Counted from the stretch's first letter, positions 48,586 to 61,543 are shown. The stretch is DNA of 64,000 bases from Vicugna vicugna (GCA_013265495.1 MU058531.1:248001-312000); one strand, 5' to 3'. Notes: generated from the sequence alone by a model not told the origin. A program made the numbers and translations.

Positions 48586-49239
48586 TATGCTGAGCTCCTC
48601 GGGTCTATGGAGAATTCCTTTCAAGGAGAAACCCTCCACCAGGGCTGCCAGGGAGACTCAGGAGCACACAGAGCAGAGTGACTCATTTGTACCTGGGGGA
48701 GACTTCTCAGAGGAGGTGGCAGCTGGGTTGAGTTCTGAAGGGTAAGAGAGAAGAGCAGGTTGCAAAGGAGAGGTGTTCCTGTGGAGAGTCGGGCTCTGCC
48801 ATCTGGCAATCATATGCTGTGGGGTAAGATTTGCTGGTTCTGAGTTTCTTCATCTTTAGGATGGGTTTTATGATACCTACCCTTCTAATCTGCAAAGAAG
48901 AAATGCAGTGAAGGTAAAATGCTAAAACACCATCACCAAAAAAGAAAAAAACCCAAACCTTGCTTTAAAGAGTTTAAAGTGCCTTAAAAATATGGTTGTT
49001 ATCTCAGACCCTTCATCTTGTGTGAGCCCGGGTGAGTCACGGCACTCGTGTGCACAGTGATTGCTGAGACGACTGGCTTTGTGCCGGCGTGTTTGGAGCC
49101 TAGCACACAGCTCTCAGGAGAGAACGGAATGAGTCAGGCACAGACTTTGCCACCTCCTTGTTGACTGTTACATGAGCCATTTGCATATTGATCTAAGGCT
49201 AAATTTGTTCAGCTCCCTGCTTAAAAATCCAAGTCATTG

Positions 49240-49580
49240 GAGGTGGGAGGAGGGGAAATTAGAGGGAGGTGGTCAAAGACACAAACGTCCAGTTATAAGA
49301 AAAGTAAGTAGGCGGGAGGTATTGCACAACGTGATGACCACGGTTCACACTACTCTGTGTGACGTATGTGCGGATTAAGGGTAGATCCTGAGAGTTCTCA
49401 TCACAAGGAGAAAAAATTTCTTTTTTCGCTTTTTCTTTTTATTGTATCTTATAAGATGGTGGAAGCTGACTAAACTTCTTACCGTAATCATTTCACAGTA
49501 GTGTATGCAAGTCATCATGCTGTCCACCTTAAACTTACACAGTGATGCGCATCAGCTATATCTGAATAAAACGGGAAAAG
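49240..49580 (+). mobile_element. L1 3' end fragment
   Basis: GTAGATCCTGAGAGTTCTCATCACAAGG...CCTTAAACTTACACAGTG...AATAAAACGGGAAAA; same subfamily type as 42160-42910 but opposite orientation. Confidence 0.8.
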
Positions 49581-49786
49581 TACATGCAAGTCAGACGACT
49601 TTTTGGTGTTTTTTGAGGGGCAGTGTCAGGATCTGTCCCCCTCTCCCCAACTACTAATTTTTCCATCATTCCGCAGTGCTTGATGTTCCAACACAGTGGA
49701 TTCAAGTGCTTCTTTAGAATGAAAATAGCTTTTTGGGGGGTGGGGTGGGGACTCTAGGACGCCATAAATTAGCTATCAGTCAGACA

Positions 49787-49826
49787 AATAATAATAGTAA
49801 TAATAGTAATAATAATAGTAATAATA

Positions 49827-49862
<36 letters not shown>
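49787..49862. repeat. interrupted (AAT)n trinucleotide microsatellite
   Basis: AAT units with periodic AGT interruptions, followed by a pure AAT run. Confidence 0.95.
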
Positions 49863-49863
<1 letters not shown>

Positions 49864-51477
49864 CAGAGTCCTAGAAATGAGGAGATAGAGACATCGGGCT
49901 CTGAGGAGACACCTAGGTCCATGTACTTTGTGCAAATTACGTCGCCTATCTCTCTGTTTCCTTATGCATGACACGGGGATAAGGACACCATCTAGTAGTT
50001 GCCATTAGGATGGAATGGACAACCCTACGCCAGGATCATGGTGCAGTGCCTGCTGGACAGTAGTAGACGTTAGCTGTCATTGTTTCTAGTTAAGACCAAG
50101 CTGAAACAGAGGGGTAGTTTTGTAGCTGGAGCTAGGAGTGGTCAGAGGGAAAAGTTGAGATAGGACTCCATATAGACATCATGTAAGTTATCCTTTCTTC
50201 TCACATGCTGGACCCGTGAGTGGTGTCTCTGGCCATGGTGTCTTGCACTGTCAGCCAGTGTTTCAGTCTTGAGTGAAGGATCCCCTATTACCCACTCTGG
50301 ATGAATGTGCAGTTCAGGCTTCACCAGAGTGAGACGTGGAGCGACCACTCTTCTGTTTCCTGCCTCCTGCATCTATTTGTTTATTAGACCATCTTTTCTG
50401 CTCTAGACAGTGAGCTACTTAGGACCAGGCTTCTGTTGAATTCATCTTTTTGTTTTTATCACTAGCACAGGGCCACTGGGTACATATTTGATGCTCAATA
50501 AAATGTTCTTTGAACGTGTAAATGAATATCCATAAGCCCATATTTAATTCTTGGGGAAAATTAGTTGCCTATATGTGTAGGCAGATGTATTTACACATTT
50601 ATGTCCACAGCTAAGTTATCTGGGCCATCAAGATTAGATGCCAAGTGCTGTGTACAAACTCGGGCAAATTCTAGAAATACTTAATCTGTTACCAGTCAGT
50701 CCAATTCATTTTTCTTCAGTTCCAGAGGAAACAAAAATCCCAATCAAAATGATCTAAGCCATTTAAACTCCTCAAAAATCTCAGAAAGTGTAAATGTTAC
50801 CCACTGGAGCATAGGACCCACCAATTTAAGGTGCAGATTTGAGAAATAAAATGCTTTATTTTTATTGACAGTGAGCCAATATGGTATTAAAACCAAAAAA
50901 GAAATTCTGTGAAAGAGGCAGCCTATTCCATCTGTGAAAATATACTAAAAAAAAAAAAAATCGGGCTAACAGGTGATTTTCCTGAAGTTACTTGTCAGTT
51001 TGTTCAGACAGGTTAATTTGGCAGAATCAGCCTCAAATTGGTTTCCAGGGGGTACCTTAATTATATCACTTTTCAGAAAAATGTTTCTGGCAAACAAGAT
51101 GTTTGAAGAACTAACCTGCTTGCAAACCTGAGGCAAAGGAGAACTGGGTTCTTGCACCAGGAAGACAGCAGGTAGCTGTGTCTTGTGTCACAGAATGGAG
51201 AGCGTTCCATGTGGGAAGAGGGGCTGGGATGTCCAGGGAGCGCCTCGGGCCATAAGTTCACCTTAGCATGTTTTCTTTGGAGGGCAGTCCCATCGTAGTT
51301 GAAAGAGTAAGAAGTCATGAATTCTAGTCTTGGGCGTCCTCCGTTCTTTATTTTGCAGGTTTATGACCTGAGGCAAGAGACATCTTTTCCCCGTGTCTTG
51401 GTTTCTTAAACTAGGAAATAGAAGATCTGAACTGGGTGCCATCAAAGTTTCTTTTTTTTTTCTTTTTTTTTCCATTT

Positions 51478-51592
51478 TTTAAACTGAAGCATAGTCAGTT
51501 TACAATGTTGTGTCAGTTTCTGGTGTACAGCATAATGTTTCAGTCATACATATACATACATATATTTTGTTGCATATTCTTTTTCATTATAG
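51478..51592 (-). mobile_element. short young L1 3' end
   Basis: TTTAAACTGAAGCATAGTCAGTTTACAATGTTGTGTCAGTTTCTGGTGTACAGCA preceded by poly(T). Confidence 0.75.
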
Positions 51593-52029
51593 GATTTTTT
51601 TTAGCTCTAAGCCTATGTGAGTATGCAAGTGATCCCCCCAAATCCATTTCTGAGATACGGAGGGGTTTTAAAAAGATATTGGGGGATGTTTACAAAGTCA
51701 GAGGTATTTGGTGTTTTCAGGAGCAGAACTGTTTGCAATTCAGGGATACCTGAGGTGCTGCACATCTGGCCTTGGAGGTGGGGGCAGCCAGGGAGGCTCA
51801 GGAAAGAGGCAGAGAGTAGATTCATTGTCTCCCTTAAGCTTCAGCTGTGTTGGGGTCATTATGAGCTGACTGTATTGATGTTTGTGCTGAGCAAGACCAG
51901 TGTGTGGGGGCCACATATCCAGAAAACAGGGAGAAGTAGGGAGCTTTTTGATGGGGGAGGGTGGTTAAAAAAATTCTGAAAGGATTTCTGTCCAAGGGAA
52001 ATAGCAATAAACAGATGGATTTCAGGCTG

Positions 52030-52660
52030 TTTATGCCATAAATACCTATTCAACACCTAGTCTGTTTTAGACACCCCAGATATGACGCTGAACAGCCCAG
52101 GCAGCTTTCCTGCCTTTATGGACCTTCTGCCCTGTGGAGGCAAAAATGAGGAAACAGCAGTCCTATTACATACCATGTCAGGGGCCTGTGAGTGTACGTA
52201 GGTGGGACATCTGACTCAGGTATACGAAGCTTGGGAGGTTTTCCGGAGAGAGAGATGTTTAAGCAGAAAATTGAAAAATACATGGGTAGGAAAAGAAGGA
52301 AGTCTTTAAGGTCGAGGGACCAGCATGTACAAAGGCCTGGAGGTGAGAGACAGCAGGGCATGTTCAAGGGTCTGAAAGCAGTATGTCTGGAGGGCGAGAG
52401 GGGGAGGTCAAAAGTGAGTGGTGGAGAGACCACAGATTCTGGAGTGCTGTGTTGTAGAACTTTCCTCCTGCTGCAGAGTGGAGAGAAGGTTGGAGGGGGC
52501 AAGACTAGAGACGGGAAAGATAGGAGAGAGGGCTGGAAGGCTTTTGAATTCCAGCTTGAGAGACAATGGCAGTTTGGATTACGTCGGGGGCAGTGGGATT
52601 GGAGAGAAGTGGTGGATTCAAGAAATGGTTAGGGGGTGGACTAGGCAGGACTCAGCGAGT
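52030..52660 (-). mobile_element. L2 fragment
   Basis: CAGCATGTACAAAGGCCTGGAGGTGAGA...GGCATGTTCAAGGG is a typical reverse-complement L2 motif. Confidence 0.65.
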
Positions 52661-53157
52661 GAGGTGATGGGGAGATATGGACATTTAGTCCATAACAGGT
52701 GGTATAATTGCACAGTGTCGCTCTACCATATTGAGACCCTGGCACATAGCTGGTTCTGAACTAACACATGTTGGAGGTGGCTACTGTATAGAACTTTTAG
52801 AGTTCTCTAATTGAGGAAGTAATAACCATCTCTTTCTATGAGAATTGGCCTTCTCTCTGTTTTATCCTGTGATTCGTAAAGATTGGTTTCCAAGCTGCGA
52901 TTTTTGTCCTCTGTGACCCTAGGTCTCCTGGTCTTGGTCAACTGGATGAAAAGTAGAAACTTAATTTAATAGGAAAACTGGGCTCTTTCTCCAGGGAATT
53001 TAAACCTGAGACTGGACATGTCGCTGGAACCTCTGACATGTACACTCGAGCTCTGCAGGGTGGACGTATTTTCTGCCATGTAGATTGGGAGGCAAAGACA
53101 GTAGAAAGAAGCATGAAGGTTGTGTAAAGGTGAGCAGAGGTGAGAGATGGAAAGAGA

Positions 53158-53717
53158 GGGTTTTGTTTTGTTCTTAATGGAGGTACTGGGGATTGAATCC
53201 AGTGTAACCGAGCAGGACCCTGTGGGGCTTTACTGGGACAGACCCCTCCCCCAGAATGTCTGCTGTAGGTCCTCTCTGATAATAGGATCTCATGTATGTT
53301 TCCTGAGTTTTTCAAATGCTAAAAACCAACACCAGCACATTAACTACTTGATGATGGAGAGCAAGTAGCCCCTAGACCTGGCGCCTGGAGGCTGACAGTA
53401 CTGACAGTGGGGCTACCTCCACATCAGCCAGTCAGAGACCTGTGCACCAGGTAATCACTTACCCTGTGACCCTCCTCCCTCACCTGGCCTTTAAATATGC
53501 TTTGCTGAAACTCTTTGGGGAACTTGGGGTTTTCTTGGGCAGGCGCCACCCTGTCCATGCTTGGCCCTGCAACAAACCTTTCTTCTCTGTTCCAAACTCT
53601 GACATTTCAGTTTCTTTAGCCTCGCTCTGCTTTGGGCACATGAACTTGCATTCGGCAATACCAAGACCCTCCTGAATGCTAAGCATGTGCTCTGCCACTG
53701 AGCTATTACCCTCCCCA
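53158..53717 (-). mobile_element. tRNA-derived SINE (camelid Vic-1 type) split by an LTR
   Basis: GGAGGTACTGGGGATTGAATCCAG (to 53202) joined to CCAAGACCCTCCTGAATGCTAAGCATGTGCTCTGCCACTGAGCTATTACCCTCCCC (from 53661) rebuilds the reverse complement of the SINE at 57497. Probable SINE TSD GAAAGAGA. Confidence 0.85.
53203..53660 (+). mobile_element. ERV1-type solo LTR nested in the SINE
   Basis: Starts TGTAACCGAGCAGG and ends TTCGGCAATA. TSD CCAG/CCAA has one mismatch. TTTAAATA TATA-like element at ~53490. Confidence 0.85.
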
Positions 53718-56414
53718 CCAGAAAGAGAATCTTAATGTCCTTCTCGTCCCTTCCTCCAGTTCCTTCCTCAGACCCAGCTACATTTCTGCTACTGGGGTCT
53801 ATGAGCTTCTCTTGTATCCTCTTATAAATTCTCACTTCTCTTTTTTTTTTCCTTCCTGGCTAGCTTGAGTTGGTTTCTGCTACTGAAACAAAACAATCTA
53901 AGTAAAACACATAACACACTAGATTCCTGGCAAAACAAAGGTTTTAACTGAGCCTTCTTGCCTGCACCACTCCTGAATATAGTCCTCTTTTCATGCTGTG
54001 CTTGGGCATGACATTTTCTGTAGAAGCATTCCAGAGTGATGTCCAATTAGCTCAGTGGTGGCTCTGGACAGCTCTGTCTTGGCCATGACTCACAGGGCAG
54101 CTCCCTTCCATGGTAGGTATCAGAAAAAAGCTTAGAAATAATTGCATCCATCTCCTTTTTGTAGCAAAGCTGCTTTGATTTGGCATCATGCCAAGCACAG
54201 CAGCTTGGCTCTGATGGGGCCAATCCTTCTAACAAACTCAGGATTAGAATCAGAAATACTGATAACATTTTATAACCTGCGGAGGGCAATGTTTTTCTAC
54301 AAATAATGCTCATAAATATCTTAAATTTTCTGTAAATCTATCTCTGCACCCAAGATATTTTGGCAAGAATTATAGAGCATTTTGGGACCTTCATCACATG
54401 CTGCTCTCTGAATTTAGTAACTGAGTGAATACGTTATGTACAAAATTCTTGCTTGTTTAAAGAAATAAAGAACTATGTTTTCAAATTGAAGTCACTTTGA
54501 GGTTTTGCAGCTGTTAAATTGAAGGGAAAAAAAAAAAACCCATCAACCTAGCCATATTTGGGCTGAATCTATATAGCAAAAGGAACTCAGGATGTTGAGG
54601 CAATTGGCTGATCAAATCCTGATAATTTAGAAGGGGACGTACTACTTAGCGTTAGGAGATCTTGCATTGGACTTAGGAACGACACCACACCTGGGTTGGA
54701 GCCAAGCCCTACCTTTTTCTAACCAGGTGGCCTTGAGCCCATTTTGTTACCTTTTTTACACTTCAGGCTTCTTTTTGTAGAAACTTTTTAACAACTAGGG
54801 CTTTTAACAACACAGAGGCCAGGTCTGTGAAGTTTTCCATTTGGGACGCTGTATGTCTGAAGATACAATTTCCAAGATTTAACAAAATCTGTAATTCTTG
54901 CTACAGACTATTTTAATGTATACAATATATACTTTGCAGGATTCTGATCAGTGATTCTCAGTGGTGATTAGGATGGGATAATAGATCATTTTAAAGGGGG
55001 GACACCCCAGAATCATCACAGGAACTCCCATTCTAAATATTCTTAACAATTCTCAACATCTTTGAGATTCACTCTTTTGGGGGTGTGTCCTTAGGTTTTT
55101 GGGATGAAAAAAATACGTGAATACCACTGTTTAGATACATGTGTCACAAGTTATAACTTAAAAACTGTGAGAACAGTTTGCAACCTAATCCAGAAAATTA
55201 ATGGTGTCATTTTGTCCCACTTAAATATATTTAATATTACTTTTTTCAAAGTTACATTCTTCTTTTCAAACATCGCTGTACCCTGAAACCATTTTGGAAG
55301 TGGAAGTAATTTTTCTTCTACCTGCTTAGCTTTTGCAAGTGAATAATTGATTTGAATTTAATACTACCATTTCCTGTCCCCAGAAGCATCCTAGTGTAGG
55401 TTTCGTTTAAGCACTTAAAAGTTCATTAAAATAATGACTTTGTTTTGTTTTTCCATTTTTTTCTGAAAGTAAAAATGATTAAACAAATCCTAGAATAGGT
55501 TCTTATATAGGTGTGTTAATTTGATGTAAACTATATTTCTTGTCATGCCTTGCTGCCCACCTAGGCTGGGACTGGGGGGTAAATTACCTGCTTTTACTAA
55601 TCTTTGAAATGGTGATTAGAGGTCTATTTCTGCAGAAATAGTGTGCTGTTAGAATATTGGTTCTGGAAAACAGAATAATATCTTTTGTTTTTAAAAGTGA
55701 AAGTTTATTTGTGAACTACAAGATTAATATTTTGTAATATTCTGAAAGCTTTGCACGTGCATGAAGGAATTATTTAGGGTTTAAAATTATTCTACTTAAG
55801 CTTGTCAGAGAAGTGTTTGTTAATTTTGTGTAGCTAGTGCCCTGGGCAGAGAATCTCTTTGACATTCAAAAGTTATTTTAAAAAATTGGTTTTTCAATGG
55901 ATGTAACTTGACTGGATTTTCAAAGAAGTTTCAATTTAAATATAAATGATTAGAGATTAACATTCAACAATGCCTGAAGGTTACAACAGGGACCCACATT
56001 TGTCATCATTTTGAGATTTTTCTTAAACAAGAATCTGGTTTTAACTTAGTAAAAGCTATGAGGAAATATGAATTAAAAACACACAAAAATTTTAGAAGGG
56101 AAACACACACACATCTGGAACAGATAAATTGAGGCTCATTAAAGCTTTTCTAAAAAAAAAAAAATACCAGTATGAATAGCTTCCATTTCTTTAGTTTTTT
56201 TGTCTGCTATGTGCTAGGCATTAAACTAATTAATATATATTATCTTGTTTCATTCACTTAATAATTCTTTAAAAACTGTTCTCCCCATGGTAAGAAAAAA
56301 AGTTGAAACTTAATGAGGCTAAAGGAAAAACTGCCAAGCTCTGTCTCTAGTAGAAGAGGATTTGACAACAGTTCTGACTTCAATGTTAAAGTTCTTTCGA
56401 CTACTAGTTAGTAG

Positions 56415-56725
56415 TCACCAGGGCCAATTAACAGGATGTCATCAATATGGTGGACTGACATGCTGTTCTGTAGAAAGTAAAGATGACCAAGGTGTTTTGG
56501 ATTCCACTGCATCAGAGAGCAGGAGGTGACTTGCTTTGGGACAAGACAGTGGATGTACAGGGCTATCTTTTCCACAAAAATCAAACTGCTTTTGATCTCT
56601 TCACCAGTGAGGATGGAGAAGAACACATACACCAGATCAATTGCTTCATACTGAGATCCAGAGTCTGTTGCTCTGTGCCAGTTAGGATAATTTACCCAGC
56701 ATGGCACCTGCAAAATCGCAGGGAC
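56415..56725 (-). mobile_element. ERV-L pol (reverse transcriptase) internal fragment
   Basis: Peptide YEAIDLVYVFFSI...SVHHIDDILLIGPG matches ERV-L RT YAAIDLANAFFSIP...LVHYIDDIMLIG. Confidence 0.8.
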
Positions 56726-57496
56726 CACAAATAGTCCACTGTCATCTAACGTGACCTTTTTGTTTTTATGTGCTTTACTATTAAGTCGAATGGGCCTCGA
56801 GATCACCACTCTGTTAACAAAATAATCCTCACAATGATCTCAAAGGGTAGGTGTCCATTGGACACTGGAGGAAAATGAAGCTCAGTCATGTTACATGACT
56901 TGCCCAAGGATGCACAGTAAAGAGCGGCCCAAGAACGGAACAGACCCTGTTCTCCCTCTGAAGCCTATGAACTGCCCAGCACATTACATCGCCTTTCTTT
57001 ATGGCTCCTACCCAGTCATTCTGCATGGGAGGCACTTTCTGTGGGAGCTGTTTTGATCTAGTGACTGGTCATTAAGTGGAAAGAAATGGTGAAGCTAGAT
57101 ACTTGAACTGACTAGTTCATTTTATCAACAACTTTGTGATTGATTCAGTTAAAGATTTTACGAAAACCTGGGAAGATTGCAAAATAATCATACGTATTTC
57201 TTACTCTTTTGAGCTTTGTTAGTCAGTTTTGGAGAACTGAATTTATATATTATGGAAAATAAGGTATGGTTGGTTAGGCTGGGAGTCAGCTTGTACTCAA
57301 CTTACTTGCTGAAACTTCAAACACGATAAGCTAGCACTCACGGTAGTCAGAATCATGTTACGTTGAGCCATTAACTTTGTGTAGCACCTACTTCATACTA
57401 CACTCTGACTTCATTGACTTCTAATCACTCTTGATTCAGTTGTTCAAGGTGGATGAAGCAGAGTTTAGCTGGAGTTCAAGAGTAAGGCTGACAAGT

Positions 57497-57628
57497 GGGG
57501 GAAGGTACAGCTCAGCGGTAGAGCACATGCCTAGCCTGCATGAGGTCCTGGGCCCAATTCCCAGTACCTCCATTACATTAAATAAATAAAGCTAATTGCC
57601 TCCCCCCCCCCAAAAAAAACCAAAAAAA
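57497..57628 (+). mobile_element. tRNA-derived SINE (camelid Vic-1 type)
   Basis: GGGGGAAGGTACAGCTCAGCGGTAGAGCACATGCCTAGCCTGCATGAGGTCCTGGGCCCAATTCCCAGTACCTCC with A- and B-box-like motifs and an A-rich tail. Imperfect TSD AAGAGTAAGGCTGACA / AAGATTAAAGCTGACA. Confidence 0.9.
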
Positions 57629-58099
57629 GATTAAAGCTGACAGATTAAATTTGTTTCTGTAATCTATTGATTTTTTGGTTTTTGTTTTGTTTTGTTCTAA
57701 CATTTTATAACCGCAGTCCATTCACATTGTATACTACAATGGATTACATGTGATTAAATTAAGGGATCTAGATCTTTAATAATAAAAACACCTCATAGCA
57801 GCAGTGGTTCTGTCAATGGGTATCTTACCTATTAAACAGAATGTAATTGAAAAATAAAATACGCTGTCACCCAAATAACAGCTCATGTTACAAATAATCA
57901 GTTTGCATGGAGCTACGATATTTTTATGGCACAATAGTAAATTAAACTTCAGCAAATTTGTCAAACTGATGAAATCCCAATCCTATGTGTTTTGCTTTAA
58001 TGATGTAGAGATACGGACAAGATGTTTTCTTCCTTTTATTCACGTTAGAGTGAGCAGAAGAATAATTTCACAAAGTTTCTAGTTTTTTTTTTTTTTGGA

Positions 58100-58570
58100 A
58101 AATTAGGTTATGGCAGTCAGAAATGCTATTAGTAGCTTAAAACAATAGCATTTATTAAGTTTTTTTCCCTCATAATTGGCATTCAAGGGGTAGGTGGCTA
58201 CCGGTGGAGGCTCACCCTATCAACTGTGCCGTCAGGGAACGCAGACTTTCTGTCCTCCTGTGCTGTCTTTCTTAGCAAATGAGTTTTCATTCTCCTGTTG
58301 GTTGTGAGATGGCTGTGATAGGTCCAGCCATCGGGAGAAGGGGAAGGATCAGGATATTGTGCTTCTTTGTCGGTCCGCTTTCACATGTATGTCCTACACG
58401 AGAGTTATGCCCTATGTCCATGTCTAACTGCAAGGCGGCCGGGCAAGTGAGGAACAGGCCTGGCATTGCTGGTATGGCCACCTGTGACTTATCCTCAGGA
58501 GGAGCTAGGCAATTACTGCCTTCCAGCAAAACTGGGGTGCTGGTCAGAAAAATGAAGGGTCTGGATATTG
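58100..58570 (-). mobile_element. old MaLR LTR (MLT1)
   Basis: TAGTAGCTTAAAACAATAGCATTTATT...CATGTCTAACTGCAAGG. Confidence 0.55.
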
Positions 58571-58949
58571 GTTCCACTTCAGAGGTTTCTCTATCTTGTG
58601 GTCAGCATTCTGCTGTTCTTTTCCTATTTCCTTAGAAGTGGTCTGGTCAAAGGTGCCACCTTACTGATAGCTGTTCTCAGTGGGTGTGGATGCTTAAGTG
58701 TGGACTGTGGTGATTCCGATGTGGAAAAGGTCAGTGAGGATAAGAACGGTCAAGGAATATCTTATGCAAGAATAGAATGGAAGGGTGAGTAGGATTAAAG
58801 TGAGTGGTAGGGAAAGGAAACAGCATCTTAGCTGGAGGGACTGCATCAGTGAAGACTGGAGGGTTGGCTAAGCACTGTCTGGTGAGAGGGAAGGGAATCA
58901 CCATCCGAGGGGAAGAGCCGAGACTCCCTGGGTTCAGTGTGCCTTAGTG

Positions 58950-59468
58950 TTCTGATGCTTTGGCATCTGGGACCTTGCTGACCTGGAGAGACTGTCCCTC
59001 CCAGGGCTGGCCAGTTCCTAGAGACAGTAAATTACTTGCCTGCAAGCACTTGCACACCAACCAGTTCAGAGACTCAACCCTCCCACTACCTCCTTTACTG
59101 AGCTCTTACACTCGGGGACACCCTCCACCTGCCCTAATGACACCAGGGCCAGATGTGAGACAACCAGAGGCACCTACACCCCCAGACTAGCTGAAATTAT
59201 ATAGTCAACCCTGTGTCTTCTCATCCTGCCTCCCTGGTTCCTTCCGTGGAAACCACAATAAAGGCTCTCCCCCGTGTTTTCTCCTCACTCCCTTTGCCTC
59301 CCGACTGCCCTGGTGCTTCCCTGTGTGGCTCTGCCCCAGCCCCCCTCCCCAAACTGTCATGCCGTGCCTCCTGTTTCTAAGGACCTATGAGTCTAAATGT
59401 ATTCCTTCATGGCAGTCATTTCTCTGTCTCTGTGTCTCCTTGTACTTGATTAAAATAATTCTGTAACA
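58950..59468 (+). mobile_element. ERV1 LTR (MER39/MER21-like)
   Basis: TGATGCTTTGGCATCTGGGACCTTGCTGACC...CCCAGGGCTGGCCAGTTCCTAGAGA; GGAAACCACAATAAAGGCTCT. Confidence 0.7.
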
Positions 59469-61255
59469 CCACCCTTACTTGAAGGAACATCAGCTAGACT
59501 GGGAAGAGTGAGAAATAAGGTCTCACATTGTGGTCTGAGACTGCTGGGAGGTCGCTGAGGAAGAGAGACACTTGGACGTGGTCCTTATCTGGCCACAGGG
59601 ATCGCAGGACTCGAGGGTTATTTGGTGGCATGTGGATTTCTCTTCCAGAAATTCCTCACAACATGACTCTGTTACTCTGTGAAAGTCAGTTATCTTTCAA
59701 AGTGATCTTCAGTTTGCTATTAGTGTCTGAGAAAGCTCAGTGAGATTATTAAACAGACTGAGGCTGATGAGAAGCAGTGGGCTCATTTGTAACCTCGTTT
59801 CTATAAATGGCACAGGTTTTTCAGCCTTAGAAGAAGAGATGTACTGAGAAGGGAAAGGAAACTCATCTTTTCCCTTCAAACAGAATCTCTTCCTTCTTTT
59901 ATTTGACTACGAAATATTGCTGTTGGCCATGTTAATGTTCTGTTGTTAAAATTCTAGGAACCCCTCTTTGGGAGTCTCGAGTTCATGAGCCCAAACGAAT
60001 GTTAATACTTTGTGGTTGAAATAGCAGGGCAAACCAAAACTAATAACAGCTTGAGGGGATTACCATTTTTGCTGGCATAAATTTTCCTACCCGAATAGGC
60101 TGCAGTTAAAATGAGAAGAGAGGGAGCTGGGAGGGTACATGGCTCTGACAAGGATGGACCTTGGCAGTATTGAAATTTCCAGAAACTTCCCCTGGCAAAC
60201 TGCTGTGCTTCCTGGCAGGAGTGGGCCAATTTAGAGAAGAGGCTGAGTTACCCTGCCGAGAGCTGCGGAAGGACTGTGACAGCTGTTAACTCCTCAGTGT
60301 ACTTAAGCAAGGAAGATTCAATTCAAGCCAGTTCTTGCATCTTCAGCTAATCTGGTTTCAGAACTCTTACCACTAAAATTGAACTTACCCAGCTACCCCA
60401 AGAGATTGTCTCCACCAAATTATGTGTAGAATATGTGAAAGATAGGAAAAGAGGCAAATGAATATGGTCACCAGGAAAAGACCACCCCCCACCATTTCTT
60501 GTGTATTAGATGAAAGCTGGAGCCCCTCAGAGGCTAAGATGCCGAGAGAACCAGTGAAGTTGTCCGAAACAGCGAAACAGCGATCTTAATTCATGAAAGA
60601 CTTCGTTGTAACAGCCTTCGTTATTAGGCGCTCATTCTAAAGCCATTTAAGAGGAAGAAGAACATGTTCAGATGTAGTTAAAAAACAAAAAACAAAAACC
60701 AGGAAGGCAAAATCCTTTTAGATTAGGTCTGTAGATTTTTTTTTAAACCTATTTTATAAATGGGTTTTCCATCTGATTTAAGCCAAACATTTTGTTCTTC
60801 AAAAGTCTGGGTTGTTGTTTTACATTTTAACATACAGTCATTCCCCAGGGCACTGTCTCTGTGATTAGAGAGAGAATTTTAAATCCCTTTTGCTGCAGGT
60901 AGGTGTGCAGAGGAAGGAACGCCAAACTGAAAAGGCAGCTTGGCTCCGCCACTGAGCGAGTTAGGTAAATCTGGGCCCCTCCAGGCTTCACTTTTCTCCT
61001 CTCTAATATGCTGAGTTTGAGTAAGACGGTCCATGCAGTCTCCTCCAGCCCCGGTGTTTTGTGATGCCCATGATCTCCATGACTCATGACTCAGTCGTCC
61101 AGACGGGTAATGTAATGGGAGACGTGGGGCGGGTGCCAGGTGAGGGACACGGAGGAGTGTGTGCTTAGGGCGAGGACCACAGCAGCTCCTCAGCCCAAGA
61201 CCACAGACACTGCTACAAGGACAGGGCCCGTGTTGCAAACTCCGATCTTTCTTTT

Positions 61256-61543
61256 TTTAATTCTTATTTTTTATTGAAGTTTAGTCGATTTACAGTGTTA
61301 GTTTCATGTATACAGCAAAGTGATTCAGTTATACATATACATACATATATATATTTTTCAGATTCTTTTCCATTACAACTCATTACAAGAAATTGAGTGT
61401 AGTTCCCTGTGCTGTATCGTAGGTCCTTGTTGTTTATCTGTTTTATATATAGTAATGTGTATTAATCTCAAACTCCTAATCTGTGCCTCCCCTCTCTCCC
61501 TCCTGGTAACCACAGTTTTCTATGTCTGTGAGTCTTTTTCTGG
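61256..61543 (-). mobile_element. short young L1 3' end with TSD
   Basis: L1 end TTTTTATTGAAGTTTAGTCGATTTACAGTGTTAG, flanked by GCAAACTCCGATCTTT / GCAAACTCGGATTTTT. Confidence 0.85.

Noticed and set aside
49780..49974. Poly-leucine signal-peptide ORF
   Set aside because: It is a translation of the (AAT)n microsatellite.
57497..57572. tRNA gene
   Set aside because: The cloverleaf is degenerate, and the A-rich tail, TSD and second copy at 53.2-53.7 kb identify a tRNA-derived SINE.
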